Assembly: GCA_016281015.1 (NCBI GenBank)
Contig: JAEEHS010000074.1
Span: 319 to 64,318, forward strand
DNA: 64,000 nt
Origin: Bacteroidales bacterium
GTDB taxonomy: Bacteria > Bacteroidota > Bacteroidia > Bacteroidales > UBA932
Direction of reading: 5' to 3'
The notes below the pieces were generated by a model that searched no databases, was not told the DNA's origin, and saw only the letters and a list, made by a program, of their open reading frames with translations. This document shows, piece by piece, positions 29,762-40,296 of this stretch (position 1 is the first letter of the stretch; every line of letters starts with the position of its first letter). A program made the translations under genes and the position numbers.

Positions 29762-32187
29762 TCTTCTTCTCCTTCGTTCCCATAGCCATAGCCATAGCCG
29801 TAACCATAGCCGTATCCATAACCGTAACCGTAGCCATAACCCTTCTTATGGGCATACACATCCACACCATTCAGGATCAGGGCCATACGGTGATAGCGGC
29901 CTTCGGCGTACATTTGCTCGACCGCCGGCAGGGCACGTTTGTCGAACAGGCCGGAACGGATGATGAAGACCGTGATGTCCGCCTGGTCGGCGATGATGGA
30001 CGTATCGGCCACCAGATCGACCGGCGGGCAGTCCATGAAGACGTAGTCATACTGACTCTTCAACGACTGGAGCAACTGGGCGAATCGCGGGGACACGAGC
30101 AGCTCGGCCGGGTTGGCGGGGATTGAGCCCACCGTCATCAGGTCGAGGTTGTCCGCCAGGCGCTGGATGTGCTCCTTCGGATTGTCATATTTTCCGTTCA
30201 GGAAAGCAGATACACCCGTCGTGTTCCGGCCAAGGGCCTTGGACAGGGTCGCCTTACGGATATCCAGGTCGATGATCATTACCTTGGATCCCTTGAGCGC
30301 CATGGAAGCGGCCAGGTTCAGCAGGGTAAAGGTCTTACCGGCATTCGGGTTGAAGGAAGTGACCATGACCGTATGGGCATCACCGATGGAGTGCGCCATC
30401 AGGTCCAGGTTGGTCCTGAGCACGCGGAAGGCCTCGTTGATCATATCACGCTTGCCGGACTGAACGACAATACGCGTATTGTTGTTGTCGAAACGGTTGA
30501 TCCGCATCCGCTGCCAGTAATTGCCATGCAGGCCCATCTGCGGGATTTCAGCCAGGAACGGAACATTGATTTTGCCGAGGTCGTTGCGGCCCTTGACCGT
30601 CGTATCGAGGATCTTCATGACATAGAAGACAGCGAACGGAAGACCGAAGCCCAGCACCAGGGCGACCAGCAGGATCATCATGCTGTTCGGGGCGATGGGA
30701 CGGCTGGCACCGTTCGGGCGCATGATCAGACGTGTATTGCCGACTGTCAGGAGGCTCTGGAGCTCATTCTCTTCCCGTTTCTGGAGGAGGAAGATGTACA
30801 GCTGCTCCTTCACCTTCTGCTGACGCTCGATGGAGAGGAGTTCCAGTTCCTGTCCGGAGGTACTGGACACCCGGGAGAGGATGGCGCGCTCCTTGTCCTC
30901 GATCTTGTTCACCTCCAGCTGGAGGGTCGAGATCAGGTTGTCGATGGAACGGTTGATTGCCAGATGCAGCCGGTCCAGCGTATTGTTCAGGTCCTGGACC
31001 AGCGGGTTGTTCTCACTGGATAGGGTCAGGGCACGGTCGCGCTCCAACAGGGCGCGGTTGTACTCCGCAATCTGCGGCTCCACATTGCCGCCCTCCAGGC
31101 CGGAATTCGCCGGCATCAGGTCCTTGGCATGCTTGGGATCATTGATGAACTCCTTGATCATCTTGGCAATAGCCAACTGGTTGGAGGTCGCAAAAGCCTG
31201 GGCAGAATAAGTCGAAGACTGCTGCAGATAAGCGGTACCGGCCTGCTGGATGTTCGTGATCTGGTGCGTCTGCTTGTAGGACTTCAGGTCATTTTCGATG
31301 CCACCGAGTTCCCGCTCGATGACGTTCAGACGGTCGTTGATGAACAGGGAGGTATTCCGCACGCTCTTGTTGCGGTTCTCCACCCATTCCTCATTGTAGG
31401 CATCCAGGAGGGCGGACAGCACGGACTCGGCCCGGCCCGGGAAAGCGTCCGACATCGTCAGGACCACCACGGAACTCTGCTTGCTGGAAAGAGAGACGGC
31501 GAGGCGGCCGCAGTAGGCCTTTGCCCGGGAGGCAGCCCGCACCCAACTGACGGTGATGTCATTGTCCCAGTCTTCGTAATAGACGGTCGGAACGAGTTTG
31601 ATGGCGCCGATCGGGGTCATCACGCTGTCTCCGGGCGTCACAATCAGTTTGTCGGCTTTGTAATCCTTACCGGCGACCGTATAGTCCTTCATGGTCATGG
31701 TCCCGTCCGCATTCTTGGACAGGTTGAACGAGAAGGAGGACAGGCCTTCCTCCAGGCGGATCATCTCCACCGGAGCATTCTTATACAGTTCGCGGGTCCG
31801 CATGAACTGGTTGGACACATAGGAGGTCTCCAGTCCCAGACGGGAAACGACGCGTTCCATCAGGTCCGGAGAGGCAAAAGCCTCCATCTCATTGTCCACG
31901 TTCGTACCGGAGTTAAAACGGTAACGGCTGCTGGCAAAGGAGGTCAGGTCACGCATCATCGAGTTCTGCGTATCCTCGTCCACGATTACCTTCAGTACGC
32001 GGCTGTAGGTTTTCGGCGTCTTGTAAAGATGGAAAGTGGCCAGGAACAGGAACACCAGAATGGAGAAAACATACCACCATTTGTGGTCCCAGACAAGCGC
32101 CCAAAGGTCGGTAAGCTGGATGGTCTGCTCCTCTTCCTGCGGAGACTGCACAGTCGTATTGACCGGAGTTTGATTGAATTCGGACAT
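29758..32187 (-). CDS. wzc: Wzc polysaccharide co-polymerase / BY-kinase
   Basis: Two TM helices flank a coiled periplasmic domain. EAFRVLRTNL, NPNAGKT, DLDIR and DCPP motifs; C-terminal (GY)10 tyrosine cluster. Confidence 0.95.
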   Translation of the reverse strand: MSEFNQTPVNTTVQSPQEEEQTIQLTDLWALVWDHKWWYVFSILVFLFLATFHLYKTPKTYSRVLKVIVDEDTQNSMMRDLTSFASSRYRFNSGTNVDNEMEAFASPDLMERVVSRLGLETSYVSNQFMRTRELYKNAPVEMIRLEEGLSSFSFNLSKNADGTMTMKDYTVAGKDYKADKLIVTPGDSVMTPIGAIKLVPTVYYEDWDNDITVSWVRAASRAKAYCGRLAVSLSSKQSSVVVLTMSDAFPGRAESVLSALLDAYNEEWVENRNKSVRNTSLFINDRLNVIERELGGIENDLKSYKQTHQITNIQQAGTAYLQQSSTYSAQAFATSNQLAIAKMIKEFINDPKHAKDLMPANSGLEGGNVEPQIAEYNRALLERDRALTLSSENNPLVQDLNNTLDRLHLAINRSIDNLISTLQLEVNKIEDKERAILSRVSSTSGQELELLSIERQQKVKEQLYIFLLQKREENELQSLLTVGNTRLIMRPNGASRPIAPNSMMILLVALVLGFGLPFAVFYVMKILDTTVKGRNDLGKINVPFLAEIPQMGLHGNYWQRMRINRFDNNNTRIVVQSGKRDMINEAFRVLRTNLDLMAHSIGDAHTVMVTSFNPNAGKTFTLLNLAASMALKGSKVMIIDLDIRKATLSKALGRNTTGVSAFLNGKYDNPKEHIQRLADNLDLMTVGSIPANPAELLVSPRFAQLLQSLKSQYDYVFMDCPPVDLVADTSIIADQADITVFIIRSGLFDKRALPAVEQMYAEGRYHRMALILNGVDVYAHKKGYGYGYGYGYGYGYGYGYGYGNEGEED

Positions 32188-32199
32188 ATTCGATAATGA

Positions 32200-33021
32200 C
32201 TATTTGCTGTAACGGATAAGCGTGGCGACCAGGTTCGTCACACTGATGGCGATCGATCCCAGGGACACCCAGAAGGCGCCGGACTTGAAGTAGTTCTCGT
32301 TGATGGTGGACTGACCGGCCCGCACATCATTCGGGGTCACGTAGACCACGTCATTCTGCTGAAGGTAATAAGCCGGAGAATTGAAAATCTGGCTGTCCTT
32401 GAGGTCCAGGACATAAATCTGCCGGCGGCCATCCTGCTCGCGGACGACACGGACGTCGTTGCGCTGTCCATAAATGGTCAGGTCGCGGGCCAGGGCGAGC
32501 GCCTGGAAAATCGTAATCTTGTCGCCGGAAATCGTGTAGGTACCCGGAGAAGCCACCTCACCGAGAACGGAAATCCGGAAATTCATGAATTCCACCGTCA
32601 CGCGGGCATCGCGGAGCATACCGGTCGAGGCCAGTTCCTGCTCAATCAGATCCTGTAGGGCCCAGCGGTTGATGCCGGCGACGTGAAGCTTGCCGAGAGC
32701 CGGGAAATTGATGTAGCCCTCATTGTCCACGACATAGCCGGTAACCCGCTGCTGGCCGGAGGAGCCGCCGATTTCGGATCCGGTGTACATCATGCTGATG
32801 GAATTGTTGAACTGGGCGGCCAGTTTCGGGTCGCGGCTCGTCACCGTAATCATCAGCTGGTCCTGCGGCTGGATGATGATGCCCTGGTTGATGGCCATCG
32901 TCATCGTCGTATCCTGCTCGACATCCTGCAGGTAATTGATCTTTTTCCATGTGGTCGGGTTGCAGGAGGCCAGCGAGGCCAGAACGGCAACAGCGACAAT
33001 TGCTCTGAGTATATTCTTCAT
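32200..33021 (-). CDS. wza: Wza polysaccharide export lipoprotein
   Basis: Lipobox LASC, VDNEGYINFPALG, SLBB domain VLGEVASPG and YYLQQNDVVYV. Confidence 0.93.
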   Translation of the reverse strand: MKNILRAIVAVAVLASLASCNPTTWKKINYLQDVEQDTTMTMAINQGIIIQPQDQLMITVTSRDPKLAAQFNNSISMMYTGSEIGGSSGQQRVTGYVVDNEGYINFPALGKLHVAGINRWALQDLIEQELASTGMLRDARVTVEFMNFRISVLGEVASPGTYTISGDKITIFQALALARDLTIYGQRNDVRVVREQDGRRQIYVLDLKDSQIFNSPAYYLQQNDVVYVTPNDVRAGQSTINENYFKSGAFWVSLGSIAISVTNLVATLIRYSK

Positions 33022-33072
33022 AATAAAACTTTGTTTTCTCTATCCTTTGTGCGATGCGCGCACAATAGCGTA

Positions 33073-33100
33073 CAAAATTACTGATTTATTCGTATCTTTG
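33073..33100. promoter_or_regulatory. Back-to-back -7 promoter boxes for wza (minus, TAATTTTG 33073-33080) and rnhA (plus, TATCTTTG 33093-33100)
   Basis: Two TAnnTTTG matches in the 86-bp divergent gap. Confidence 0.65.
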
Positions 33101-33107
33101 CAAGCAA

Positions 33108-33590
33108 ATGGACAAAAAAAGGCCACCCATCTATCTCTTTACCGACGGAGCCGCCAGCGGGAACCCCGGCCCCGGAGGCTACGGAGTCGTCCTGCAATGC
33201 GGTCCGGCGGAAAAAACCCTCTCCGGAGGCTTCCGCCTGACGACGAACAACCGCATGGAACTGCTGGCCGTCATCGTGGGCCTGGAGGCCGTCAAATGGG
33301 AGAATGCCGAGGTCCAGGTCTGGAGCGACTCCTCCTATGTCGTCAAAGCCCTGAACGAAGGCTGGCTGGAGAAGTGGAAACGGAGCGGGTTCAAGGGCAA
33401 GAAGAATGTGGACCTTTGGCTTCGCTTCGACGCAGTCTCTTCCCGGCACCGGGTCGCCTTCCACTGGCTGAAAGGCCATGCCGGACACCCGCAGAACGAG
33501 CGCTGCGACCGGATGGCCGTGGAGGCCTACCACCAGGAGAATCTACCTGAAGATCAAGGATATATCGCTGAAAATCAAGGATTGCTATGA
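33108..33590 (+). CDS. rnhA: Ribonuclease HI
   Basis: FTDGAASGNPGPGG, TTNNRMEL, SDSSY and KGHAGHPQNERCD motifs. Confidence 0.97.
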   Translation: MDKKRPPIYLFTDGAASGNPGPGGYGVVLQCGPAEKTLSGGFRLTTNNRMELLAVIVGLEAVKWENAEVQVWSDSSYVVKALNEGWLEKWKRSGFKGKKNVDLWLRFDAVSSRHRVAFHWLKGHAGHPQNERCDRMAVEAYHQENLPEDQGYIAENQGLL

Positions 33591-34627
33591 ATCAACGCAA
33601 ACTCGTCGTCGGCATCACCCAGGGTGACAGCAACGGCATCGGATATGAAGTCATTATCAAATCGCTCCGGGACGAACGGATCCTCGACTCCTTCACCCCG
33701 GTTGTTTATGGCTCTTCGAAACTCTTCGGTTTCTACCGCAAGCTGGTCCACAACATCGAGCAGATGGACACCAACGTCATCGCCTCGGCTTCCCAGGCCC
33801 AGCGGGGACGGATCAACATCGTCAACTGCCTGAGCGACAACATCTACGCCGAACCCGGCCAGTCCACCCCCGAATCCGCCAAATCCGCCATCAAGTCGCT
33901 GGAAGTGGCCATCAAGGACCTCCGGGAAGGCAGCATCGACGTACTGGTCACCGCCCCGATCAACAAGCGGGCGATGGTCGCCGAGGGCTTTGGCTATGCC
34001 GGCCATACGGAATACCTCCAGAAAGAATTCGGCTCCCCCGAAATCGCGATGATCATGGCCAGCGACTCGCTTAAGATCGGCGTTGTGACAGGTCATATTC
34101 CCCTTCGCGATGTGCCGAAAGCCATTTCCAAAGAGACCATTCTCCGCAAACTGAGGATCATGAAACAATCCCTCGAACGGGACTTCGGCATCGACAATCC
34201 GAAAATCGCCGTCCTGGGCCTGAATCCCCACTGCGGCGACGGCGGCCTGCTCGGAGACGAAGAGCAGAATATCATCCTCCCCGCCGTCCAGGCCGCCCAG
34301 GAGGAAGGAATCATGGCCTATGGTCCCTATTCTCCCGACGGATTCTTCGGACTGGGCAACTACGGCCGCTTCGATGCGACCCTTGCCATGTACCATGACC
34401 AGGGCCTGGCGCCGTTCAAAGCCCTGGCTTTTGCAGAGGGAGTGAATTTTACCGCCGGCCTCCCCATCGTCCGGACCTCCCCGGACCATGGAACGGCCTA
34501 CGACATGGCCGGACGGGACGAAGCCGACCCGCAGTCCATGATGCAGTCCATTTATCTGGCTATCGACATCTGGCATCACCGTCAAGAGTATGATGCCCTG
34601 CATGAGAAGAAGATCCGTCAGGCGTGA
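33587..34627 (+). CDS. pdxA: 4-hydroxythreonine-4-phosphate dehydrogenase
   Basis: GDSNGIG, TAPINK, GHTE, GLNPH, AMYHDQG and RTSPDHGTA motifs. Confidence 0.96.
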   Translation: MNQRKLVVGITQGDSNGIGYEVIIKSLRDERILDSFTPVVYGSSKLFGFYRKLVHNIEQMDTNVIASASQAQRGRINIVNCLSDNIYAEPGQSTPESAKSAIKSLEVAIKDLREGSIDVLVTAPINKRAMVAEGFGYAGHTEYLQKEFGSPEIAMIMASDSLKIGVVTGHIPLRDVPKAISKETILRKLRIMKQSLERDFGIDNPKIAVLGLNPHCGDGGLLGDEEQNIILPAVQAAQEEGIMAYGPYSPDGFFGLGNYGRFDATLAMYHDQGLAPFKALAFAEGVNFTAGLPIVRTSPDHGTAYDMAGRDEADPQSMMQSIYLAIDIWHHRQEYDALHEKKIRQA

Positions 34628-36261
34628 CGCTCGATCCGGCAAGTCCGGTCACAATAGGCAGCGATTTTTTCGCGGTGGGTAATGAAGATCATCGTCTTAC
34701 CCGCCGCTTTTTCTTTCAGGCTTTCCATCAGCCTCTCTTCCGTCTTGGGATCCAGCGAGGAAGAAAACTCATCCAGGAGCAGGATGCTGCCGGGACGGAG
34801 CAGTCCCCGTGCGATGGCGATGCGCTGACACTGGCCCTCGCTGAGGCCGGTCCCGCCTTCTCCGGTGGGGCTGTCCAGTCCCTCCGGCAAATCCCGGACG
34901 AACTGGGCCTGGGCGACATCCAGGACCTCCCAGAGACGCTCTTCGCCGGCGTCGGGATCGCCCATCAGAAGATTTTCCCGGATGGTCCCGCTGAAGAGGG
35001 TATTCCCTTGCGGGACATAGACGAAGTTGCAACGGGTCGACGGTGTCGCTTCGACCGTATTACCCTCACTGTCATATAGTTCCACGGTCCCTTCAACGGG
35101 TTTCAGCAGCGCGAGCATCAGCCGGATCAGCGTACTCTTACCGGCCCCGGTCTCCCCGACGATGGCCGTGCGGGACAGCGGCGGAAAGTCAAAATCCAAT
35201 TCCGAGAGAATCTCACGCTGCCCGTCCGGATAGCGGTAACGCAGATGCCTCACACGGATACCGGCGGGCGGACCGACCAGGACCGGGTCTCCGGCCTCTG
35301 CCTTCGGCGCATCCTCCAATTCCATCAGCCGGTCGATGGAGGCCGTTGCATTGACAAAAGCAGGAATCTGGCGCGTCAGGTTCACCAGCGGCCGCTGAAT
35401 CTGCCCGACCAGCTGGAGGAAAGCCGTCATGATACCATAGGTCAGCGTCCCCTGCCAGATGCCATAAGCTCCCCAGAGGAAAGCGGCGATATAGCCGAAA
35501 GAGAAGGCAGATGAAACCATCGTCCGTGCAAAGACATTGTAGCGCGTCCGCTCGGCCACCTGTCCATACTCCATGTTCTGAAGTGTATCCAGCCGGGTTT
35601 CCATCCGCTCTTCATTCTCCAGGGACTGGATGACCATCCGGTGCTGGAGACTCTCCTGCAGATGGCTCTGGACCTGACTCTCGGTATCCCGGATCCCGCG
35701 GGTCATTTCCCGCATCCGGCGGAAAAAGGCCTTGGAGAAAACCAGGAACAGGGGCGTGACGGCGACAAGGACGAGCGCCAGCCGCCATTCCATCGTACAC
35801 ATGAACACCAGGGCGGCGATGAGTTGGACGACGGTCGTCACCATCTGGGGCACGTCTGTGCAGATGACCGACGTAACCGTCTGTACATCCGTCTCCAGGC
35901 GGTTCATCATATCTCCGGTATGCCGCTTTTCCTTTCCCAGCCATTCAGCCTGTAACAGACTGGAATAGATTCGTTTACGAATGATGAAATTCATCCGGGA
36001 AGTGGTCAGGTTTTCCACCCGGACATTGACGGCGGAAACCGCCAGCCGAAGGATGACCGTCGTGACGGTGAGAAGGGAAAAAGTAAGGATGGAGCCGGAC
36101 ACGACGCCGGTCGCAATATCCACAATCCGCTTGCAGAGATAGATAAACAGGAGGTTCAGCCCCACATTGACCAGTCCCAGAACGATGTTCATCACGATCT
36201 GGAAGCGCGCCCCTTCAGAATGGGAATAGAGCCAGCGGAGATATTTCAGCATGCTCCTCAT
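34618..36261 (-). CDS. ABC exporter (fused TMD + NBD)
   Basis: Six-TM domain, GETGAGKST, LSEGQCQRIAIAR and LLLDE motifs. Confidence 0.93.
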   Translation of the reverse strand: MRSMLKYLRWLYSHSEGARFQIVMNIVLGLVNVGLNLLFIYLCKRIVDIATGVVSGSILTFSLLTVTTVILRLAVSAVNVRVENLTTSRMNFIIRKRIYSSLLQAEWLGKEKRHTGDMMNRLETDVQTVTSVICTDVPQMVTTVVQLIAALVFMCTMEWRLALVLVAVTPLFLVFSKAFFRRMREMTRGIRDTESQVQSHLQESLQHRMVIQSLENEERMETRLDTLQNMEYGQVAERTRYNVFARTMVSSAFSFGYIAAFLWGAYGIWQGTLTYGIMTAFLQLVGQIQRPLVNLTRQIPAFVNATASIDRLMELEDAPKAEAGDPVLVGPPAGIRVRHLRYRYPDGQREILSELDFDFPPLSRTAIVGETGAGKSTLIRLMLALLKPVEGTVELYDSEGNTVEATPSTRCNFVYVPQGNTLFSGTIRENLLMGDPDAGEERLWEVLDVAQAQFVRDLPEGLDSPTGEGGTGLSEGQCQRIAIARGLLRPGSILLLDEFSSSLDPKTEERLMESLKEKAAGKTMIFITHREKIAAYCDRTCRIERHA

Positions 36262-37388
36262 TCGCCACGGGAAAGACGTCCGAGTCCATAGGCAAAAGCG
36301 CCGGCGAAATACCGGAGAGATTCCAGCGGGAAGGTCCCGAAGTGACGCAGCCGGTTGACCAGGACGAGAGAGTAGAACGAATGCAGCTTACGGATCAGGT
36401 ACGGCTCTTTAACGCGGGCTTTCTCCGTTTTCTTTCCGAAATTTCCGCTCCGCTTCAGCCAGCCCCAGATACGGGGATACCGCCGGGCATAGCGGTCGGT
36501 ATACAGCGGCATCTTCTCCGACGGACAGCCCAGATAGTCCACCGCAAAACCGGCGAAGGTCTGCCAGATAGCTTTCAAACCGAGGTCAGCCAATCTCTCT
36601 TCCAAAAGGATGGGATCGATCTCCCGTTTATGGACTGAAACAAAGACCATCCAGTCCGTAAGTTGGCGGAGGCCCACCCCGCCGGCCCAGAAATGGTGCA
36701 GGAAATGGACCAGGATGTAAATGGCGTTGAATCCGGGATTGGGAACCGGAATCTCATGTCCGTCAATGATTTGTATGCACGTTTCCCGCTTGTCGAACAT
36801 CTCCGCCTGGAGCCGAGCCAGTTTCCGGTCCAGACGCGGAGACATCAACGTCTGGATACTGCCGTGGATCTCCACCTCAATGCTCCGGTAAAAGAAACCC
36901 TGGTGGTAGATTTCCTTCTCTTCCGGCTGGACCCTGCTTGCTTTGGGAAGGAGGATGGTCTTGGCCTTTTCATAGCAGGAAGGAGGCAGGAGAAGGTCGA
37001 TGTCACCGGGCTGGCGCCGGAGCGGGTCCGGATAATCCTGGGAGAGCGACTGTCCCTTGATCAGAACGACCGGAAGGGGGGAAAGCGCCTTGAAAAGAAA
37101 CGGCAGGAAACTGTCCAGCTGGCGATTCCGCTGCTCGGTCCCCATCAAGTCCCCCAGAAAAGGGTCCAACTCTTCCACCGAAGGCATCTCGGTCTCCGGC
37201 AGCAGATTGATTCCGTCCGTCACATGACCGACAATCGTCTGCTCATAGGCAAGCTGATAGATATCCGCCCAGGCGGCACCGCCGGCAAACAACGTAGCCG
37301 CCGGAACCTGATTCCAGATTCCAGCCGCGTGTAAAGCCAGCAACTGACGGTCGGTCAGGCTGATGCGATGAGCCCCACTTCGATCCAT
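36258..37388 (-). CDS. Nucleotidyltransferase (NTP_transf_5 family)
   Basis: LIKGQ, YPDPLRRQPGDIDLL, VEIH and GVGLRQLTDW motifs. Confidence 0.88.
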   Translation of the reverse strand: MDRSGAHRISLTDRQLLALHAAGIWNQVPAATLFAGGAAWADIYQLAYEQTIVGHVTDGINLLPETEMPSVEELDPFLGDLMGTEQRNRQLDSFLPFLFKALSPLPVVLIKGQSLSQDYPDPLRRQPGDIDLLLPPSCYEKAKTILLPKASRVQPEEKEIYHQGFFYRSIEVEIHGSIQTLMSPRLDRKLARLQAEMFDKRETCIQIIDGHEIPVPNPGFNAIYILVHFLHHFWAGGVGLRQLTDWMVFVSVHKREIDPILLEERLADLGLKAIWQTFAGFAVDYLGCPSEKMPLYTDRYARRYPRIWGWLKRSGNFGKKTEKARVKEPYLIRKLHSFYSLVLVNRLRHFGTFPLESLRYFAGAFAYGLGRLSRGE

Positions 37389-37627
37389 TTGTCGCAGAGG
37401 TCCTTGGCGTCCTTCAGGGCCGTCTCGGCATCCACCTCATATTCTTCCAGCAACAGATCCGCCATCGTTTCGGGCGTAAAATCCTTGTCCTTCACGCTGC
37501 GGAACAGATAGGCGGCCGATTCGTTCAAGCTGATCAGCTGGGAAAAATTCACATTGGCCGTACCCTCACCAGAAATGACATGCTGGCCGCAAATGGTCCT
37601 GAGGATGAAACCTTCTTTGATTCTCAT
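37355..37627 (-). CDS. PqqD-family / RiPP recognition element protein
   Basis: MRIKEGFILRTICG..LNESAAYLF..LLEEYEVDAETALKD..WIEVGLI. TATATTTG promoter box at 37649-37656. Confidence 0.88.
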   Translation of the reverse strand: MRIKEGFILRTICGQHVISGEGTANVNFSQLISLNESAAYLFRSVKDKDFTPETMADLLLEEYEVDAETALKDAKDLCDKWIEVGLIASA

Positions 37628-37660
37628 ATCGTAAAACTACTTAACTCGCAAATATAATGA

Positions 37661-38125
37661 TTATTCTCCTTTTAACCAACGGCGGTTCCAGGGAAAATGC
37701 CAGTAGAAAAAGAGGAGGTACCGCCTCAGCGGGCGAAGGCGCTGCCAGAGATGGACCCGCCGGAGTTCCTTTTCGCTGTAGGGATCCACATCCACTCCGT
37801 CCCGGATGATGCTCACCACCTTTCCGAGAATCTCTTCCCGAAGGGGATACTCGCAGTTTTTCGGCACCCCGTCTCCCCGGATGATGTACTTGTCGGCGTC
37901 CCTTCCGATGACCCGGTGCATGATATAACGTCCCCGGTAGTGGAAGAGGACGATGTCGTCCACCTTCACCTCCCCGGGCGTTTCAAGCCAGACTTCATCT
38001 TTTTCACCCCGGATAAAGGGCAGCATGCTGTAACCCTTGACCGGAATACGGACGCGCTTCCCCTCGCCGAGCATCCGGACGACCTCGGCAAAGAAGGGAT
38101 CATTTGCGATGACCATCTTTTCCAT
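37661..38125 (-). CDS. S24/S26 family peptidase (Ser/His dyad, no TM anchor)
   Basis: VKGYSMLPFI, DIVLF, IMHRVI and RGDG motifs. Start moved to MEKMVIAND. Confidence 0.85.
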   Translation of the reverse strand: MEKMVIANDPFFAEVVRMLGEGKRVRIPVKGYSMLPFIRGEKDEVWLETPGEVKVDDIVLFHYRGRYIMHRVIGRDADKYIIRGDGVPKNCEYPLREEILGKVVSIIRDGVDVDPYSEKELRRVHLWQRLRPLRRYLLFFYWHFPWNRRWLKGE

Positions 38126-38166
38126 TTCGAAAGGCAAATATCGCAATTTTTTTGTATAATTGCAGT

Positions 38167-40296
38167 ATGAAGATGGAAACCGACATACAATATCTTCCCG
38201 GCGTGGGGCCCAAACGAGCCGAACTGCTCCGGGGAGAACTGGGCATCGCCACGGTCGGTGACCTCCTTCACTGCTATCCGTTCCGCTACATCGACCGGAG
38301 TTCCCTGCAAAAAATCGCGGACCTCCATCCCGACCAGTCTTACATCCAGTTCCGGGCGACGGTACGGAAGGTCCGCCTCCTGGCCAAAAACGGGGCAGAA
38401 CTGCCGGATGGTCCCGTCAAATACAACCTAGCCAGCCGGCTGAGTATCCTGGTCGGCGACGAGACCGGAGAAATCGAGGTGGTCTTCTTCAAGGGTATCA
38501 AATGGATGCACACACGCCTGGTGCCCGGTGCGTCCTTTATTTTCTTCGGCAAACCTTCCCTCTTCAACGGCCGGATCAACATGGTCCATCCCGAAGTGGA
38601 CCCTCCGGACAGTTTCAGCGCCGGAACGCTCTCCGGCGTGTACAACTCCACCGAAAGACTGCGCAACGGCGGCCTCACGGGGAAAGCGATGCTCAAACTG
38701 ATGAACGCAGCCCTGGAGATGGTCCTCCCGACGCTTCAAGAGACGCTGCCGGAAGACGTGCTGCGCGAAAAAGCCCTCTGCCCCCTCTCCTTCGCCCTGC
38801 GGCAGATCCATTTCCCCAAGGACCAGGACGCCCTGGCCCGGGCGACGTACCGGCTGAAGTTCGAGGAACTCTTCTACCTCCAGCTTTCCCTGGTCAAACA
38901 GAAATACATCCGCTCCCGCAGCGCCGTCGGCATTCCGATGCCCCATGTCGGGACAGCCTTCCATGCCTGTTACCATGCCCTCCCCTATTCGCTGACCGGC
39001 GCCCAGCAGCGGGTCATCAAGGAAATCCGCGAAGATCTCGTGAGCGGACACCAGATGAACCGGCTCCTCCAGGGAGATGTCGGCTCCGGCAAGACCATGG
39101 TCGCCGTCCTGAGCGCGTTGATCGCCATCGGGAACGGCTACCAGGCCTGCATCATGGCACCGACGGAAGTCCTTGCCCAGCAACATTTTGCCAATATCTC
39201 CCGCTATCTGGAACCGACCGGCGTCAAGGCCGTCCTCCTGACCGGGACGAGCGGTGTCGCCGCCCGCCGGGAAATCCACGCCGGGCTGGAAGACGGGTCC
39301 ATCGGCATCGCCATCGGGACCCATGCCCTGATTGAAGACAACGTCCGTTTCAAGGCCCTCGGCCTCGCCATCATCGATGAGCAGCACCGCTTCGGCGTGG
39401 AACAGCGCTCCCGCCTCTGGGGCAAGGGCGCCGGCGGCGTCCCGCCCCACATCCTGGTCATGACGGCCACCCCGATTCCGCGGACCCTCGCCATGACCCT
39501 TTATGGCGACCTCGACGTCTCGGTCATCGATGAGATGCCCCCCGGGCGGAAACCGGTCCAGACCATCTGCGTCGGCGAAAACAAGCGTCACGCCATGCAC
39601 AATTTCATCCGGGAAGAGATTGCCAAGGGCCGCCAGGCCTTCATCGTCTATCCGATGATTTTCGAAAACGAAAAGCTGGACTACAAGAACCTCGAACTGG
39701 GCTACGAGGAAATCGTCAAGGCCTTTCCCCTCCCCGATTACAAAGTCGCCATTGTCCATGGACAGCAGACCCCGCAGGAGAAGGACTTCAACATGAGCGC
39801 TTTCGCGGCAGGACGGGCCCAGATCCTGGTCTCCACGACGGTCATCGAGGTCGGCGTCGACGTGCCGAATGCCTCGGTCATGGTCATCGAAAGTGCCGAA
39901 CGCTTCGGACTCAGCCAGCTCCACCAGCTGCGCGGCCGGGTCGGACGGGGCGCGGACAAGTCCTACTGCATCCTGATGCGGGGCAAGAAAGTTTCAAAGG
40001 AATCCCAGCGCCGGCTGGAGTTGATGTGCGCGACGGAAAACGGCTTCGAAATCGCCGAAGAAGATATGAAACTTCGGGGGCCCGGGGACCTGGAAGGCAC
40101 CCAGCAGTCCGGCCTTCCCATCACCCTCAACATCGCTTCCCTGGCCAAAGACGGCCTCATCCTGTCTGACGCCCGGACCTACGCCGAATACATCCTGGAG
40201 GCGGATCCGACATTGACAAAGCCCGGCCACGAAATTCTCGCAGCCGAGCTCAGGAAAGACAAATACAATCTGAAAGACTTCTCGCAGATTTCCTAG
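38167..40296 (+). CDS. recG: ATP-dependent DNA helicase RecG
   Basis: [37 protein letters not shown] and QLRGRVGRG motifs. Confidence 0.98.
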   Translation: MKMETDIQYLPGVGPKRAELLRGELGIATVGDLLHCYPFRYIDRSSLQKIADLHPDQSYIQFRATVRKVRLLAKNGAELPDGPVKYNLASRLSILVGDETGEIEVVFFKGIKWMHTRLVPGASFIFFGKPSLFNGRINMVHPEVDPPDSFSAGTLSGVYNSTERLRNGGLTGKAMLKLMNAALEMVLPTLQETLPEDVLREKALCPLSFALRQIHFPKDQDALARATYRLKFEELFYLQLSLVKQKYIRSRSAVGIPMPHVGTAFHACYHALPYSLTGAQQRVIKEIREDLVSGHQMNRLLQGDVGSGKTMVAVLSALIAIGNGYQACIMAPTEVLAQQHFANISRYLEPTGVKAVLLTGTSGVAARREIHAGLEDGSIGIAIGTHALIEDNVRFKALGLAIIDEQHRFGVEQRSRLWGKGAGGVPPHILVMTATPIPRTLAMTLYGDLDVSVIDEMPPGRKPVQTICVGENKRHAMHNFIREEIAKGRQAFIVYPMIFENEKLDYKNLELGYEEIVKAFPLPDYKVAIVHGQQTPQEKDFNMSAFAAGRAQILVSTTVIEVGVDVPNASVMVIESAERFGLSQLHQLRGRVGRGADKSYCILMRGKKVSKESQRRLELMCATENGFEIAEEDMKLRGPGDLEGTQQSGLPITLNIASLAKDGLILSDARTYAEYILEADPTLTKPGHEILAAELRKDKYNLKDFSQIS

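Noticed and set aside
29775-29845. Hexanucleotide-like tandem repeat (CCATAG/CCGTAA)
   Set aside because: Encodes the normal (GY)10 phosphorylation cluster of Wzc; not a CRISPR array or contingency locus.
33021-33108. Invertible promoter for the capsule locus
   Set aside because: No flanking inverted repeats seen in the 86-bp gap, which also holds the rnhA promoter.
37627-37661. Lasso/RiPP precursor near pqqD
   Set aside because: The gaps are too short and no YxxP leader ORF was found nearby, so the cluster is not called a lasso peptide cluster.
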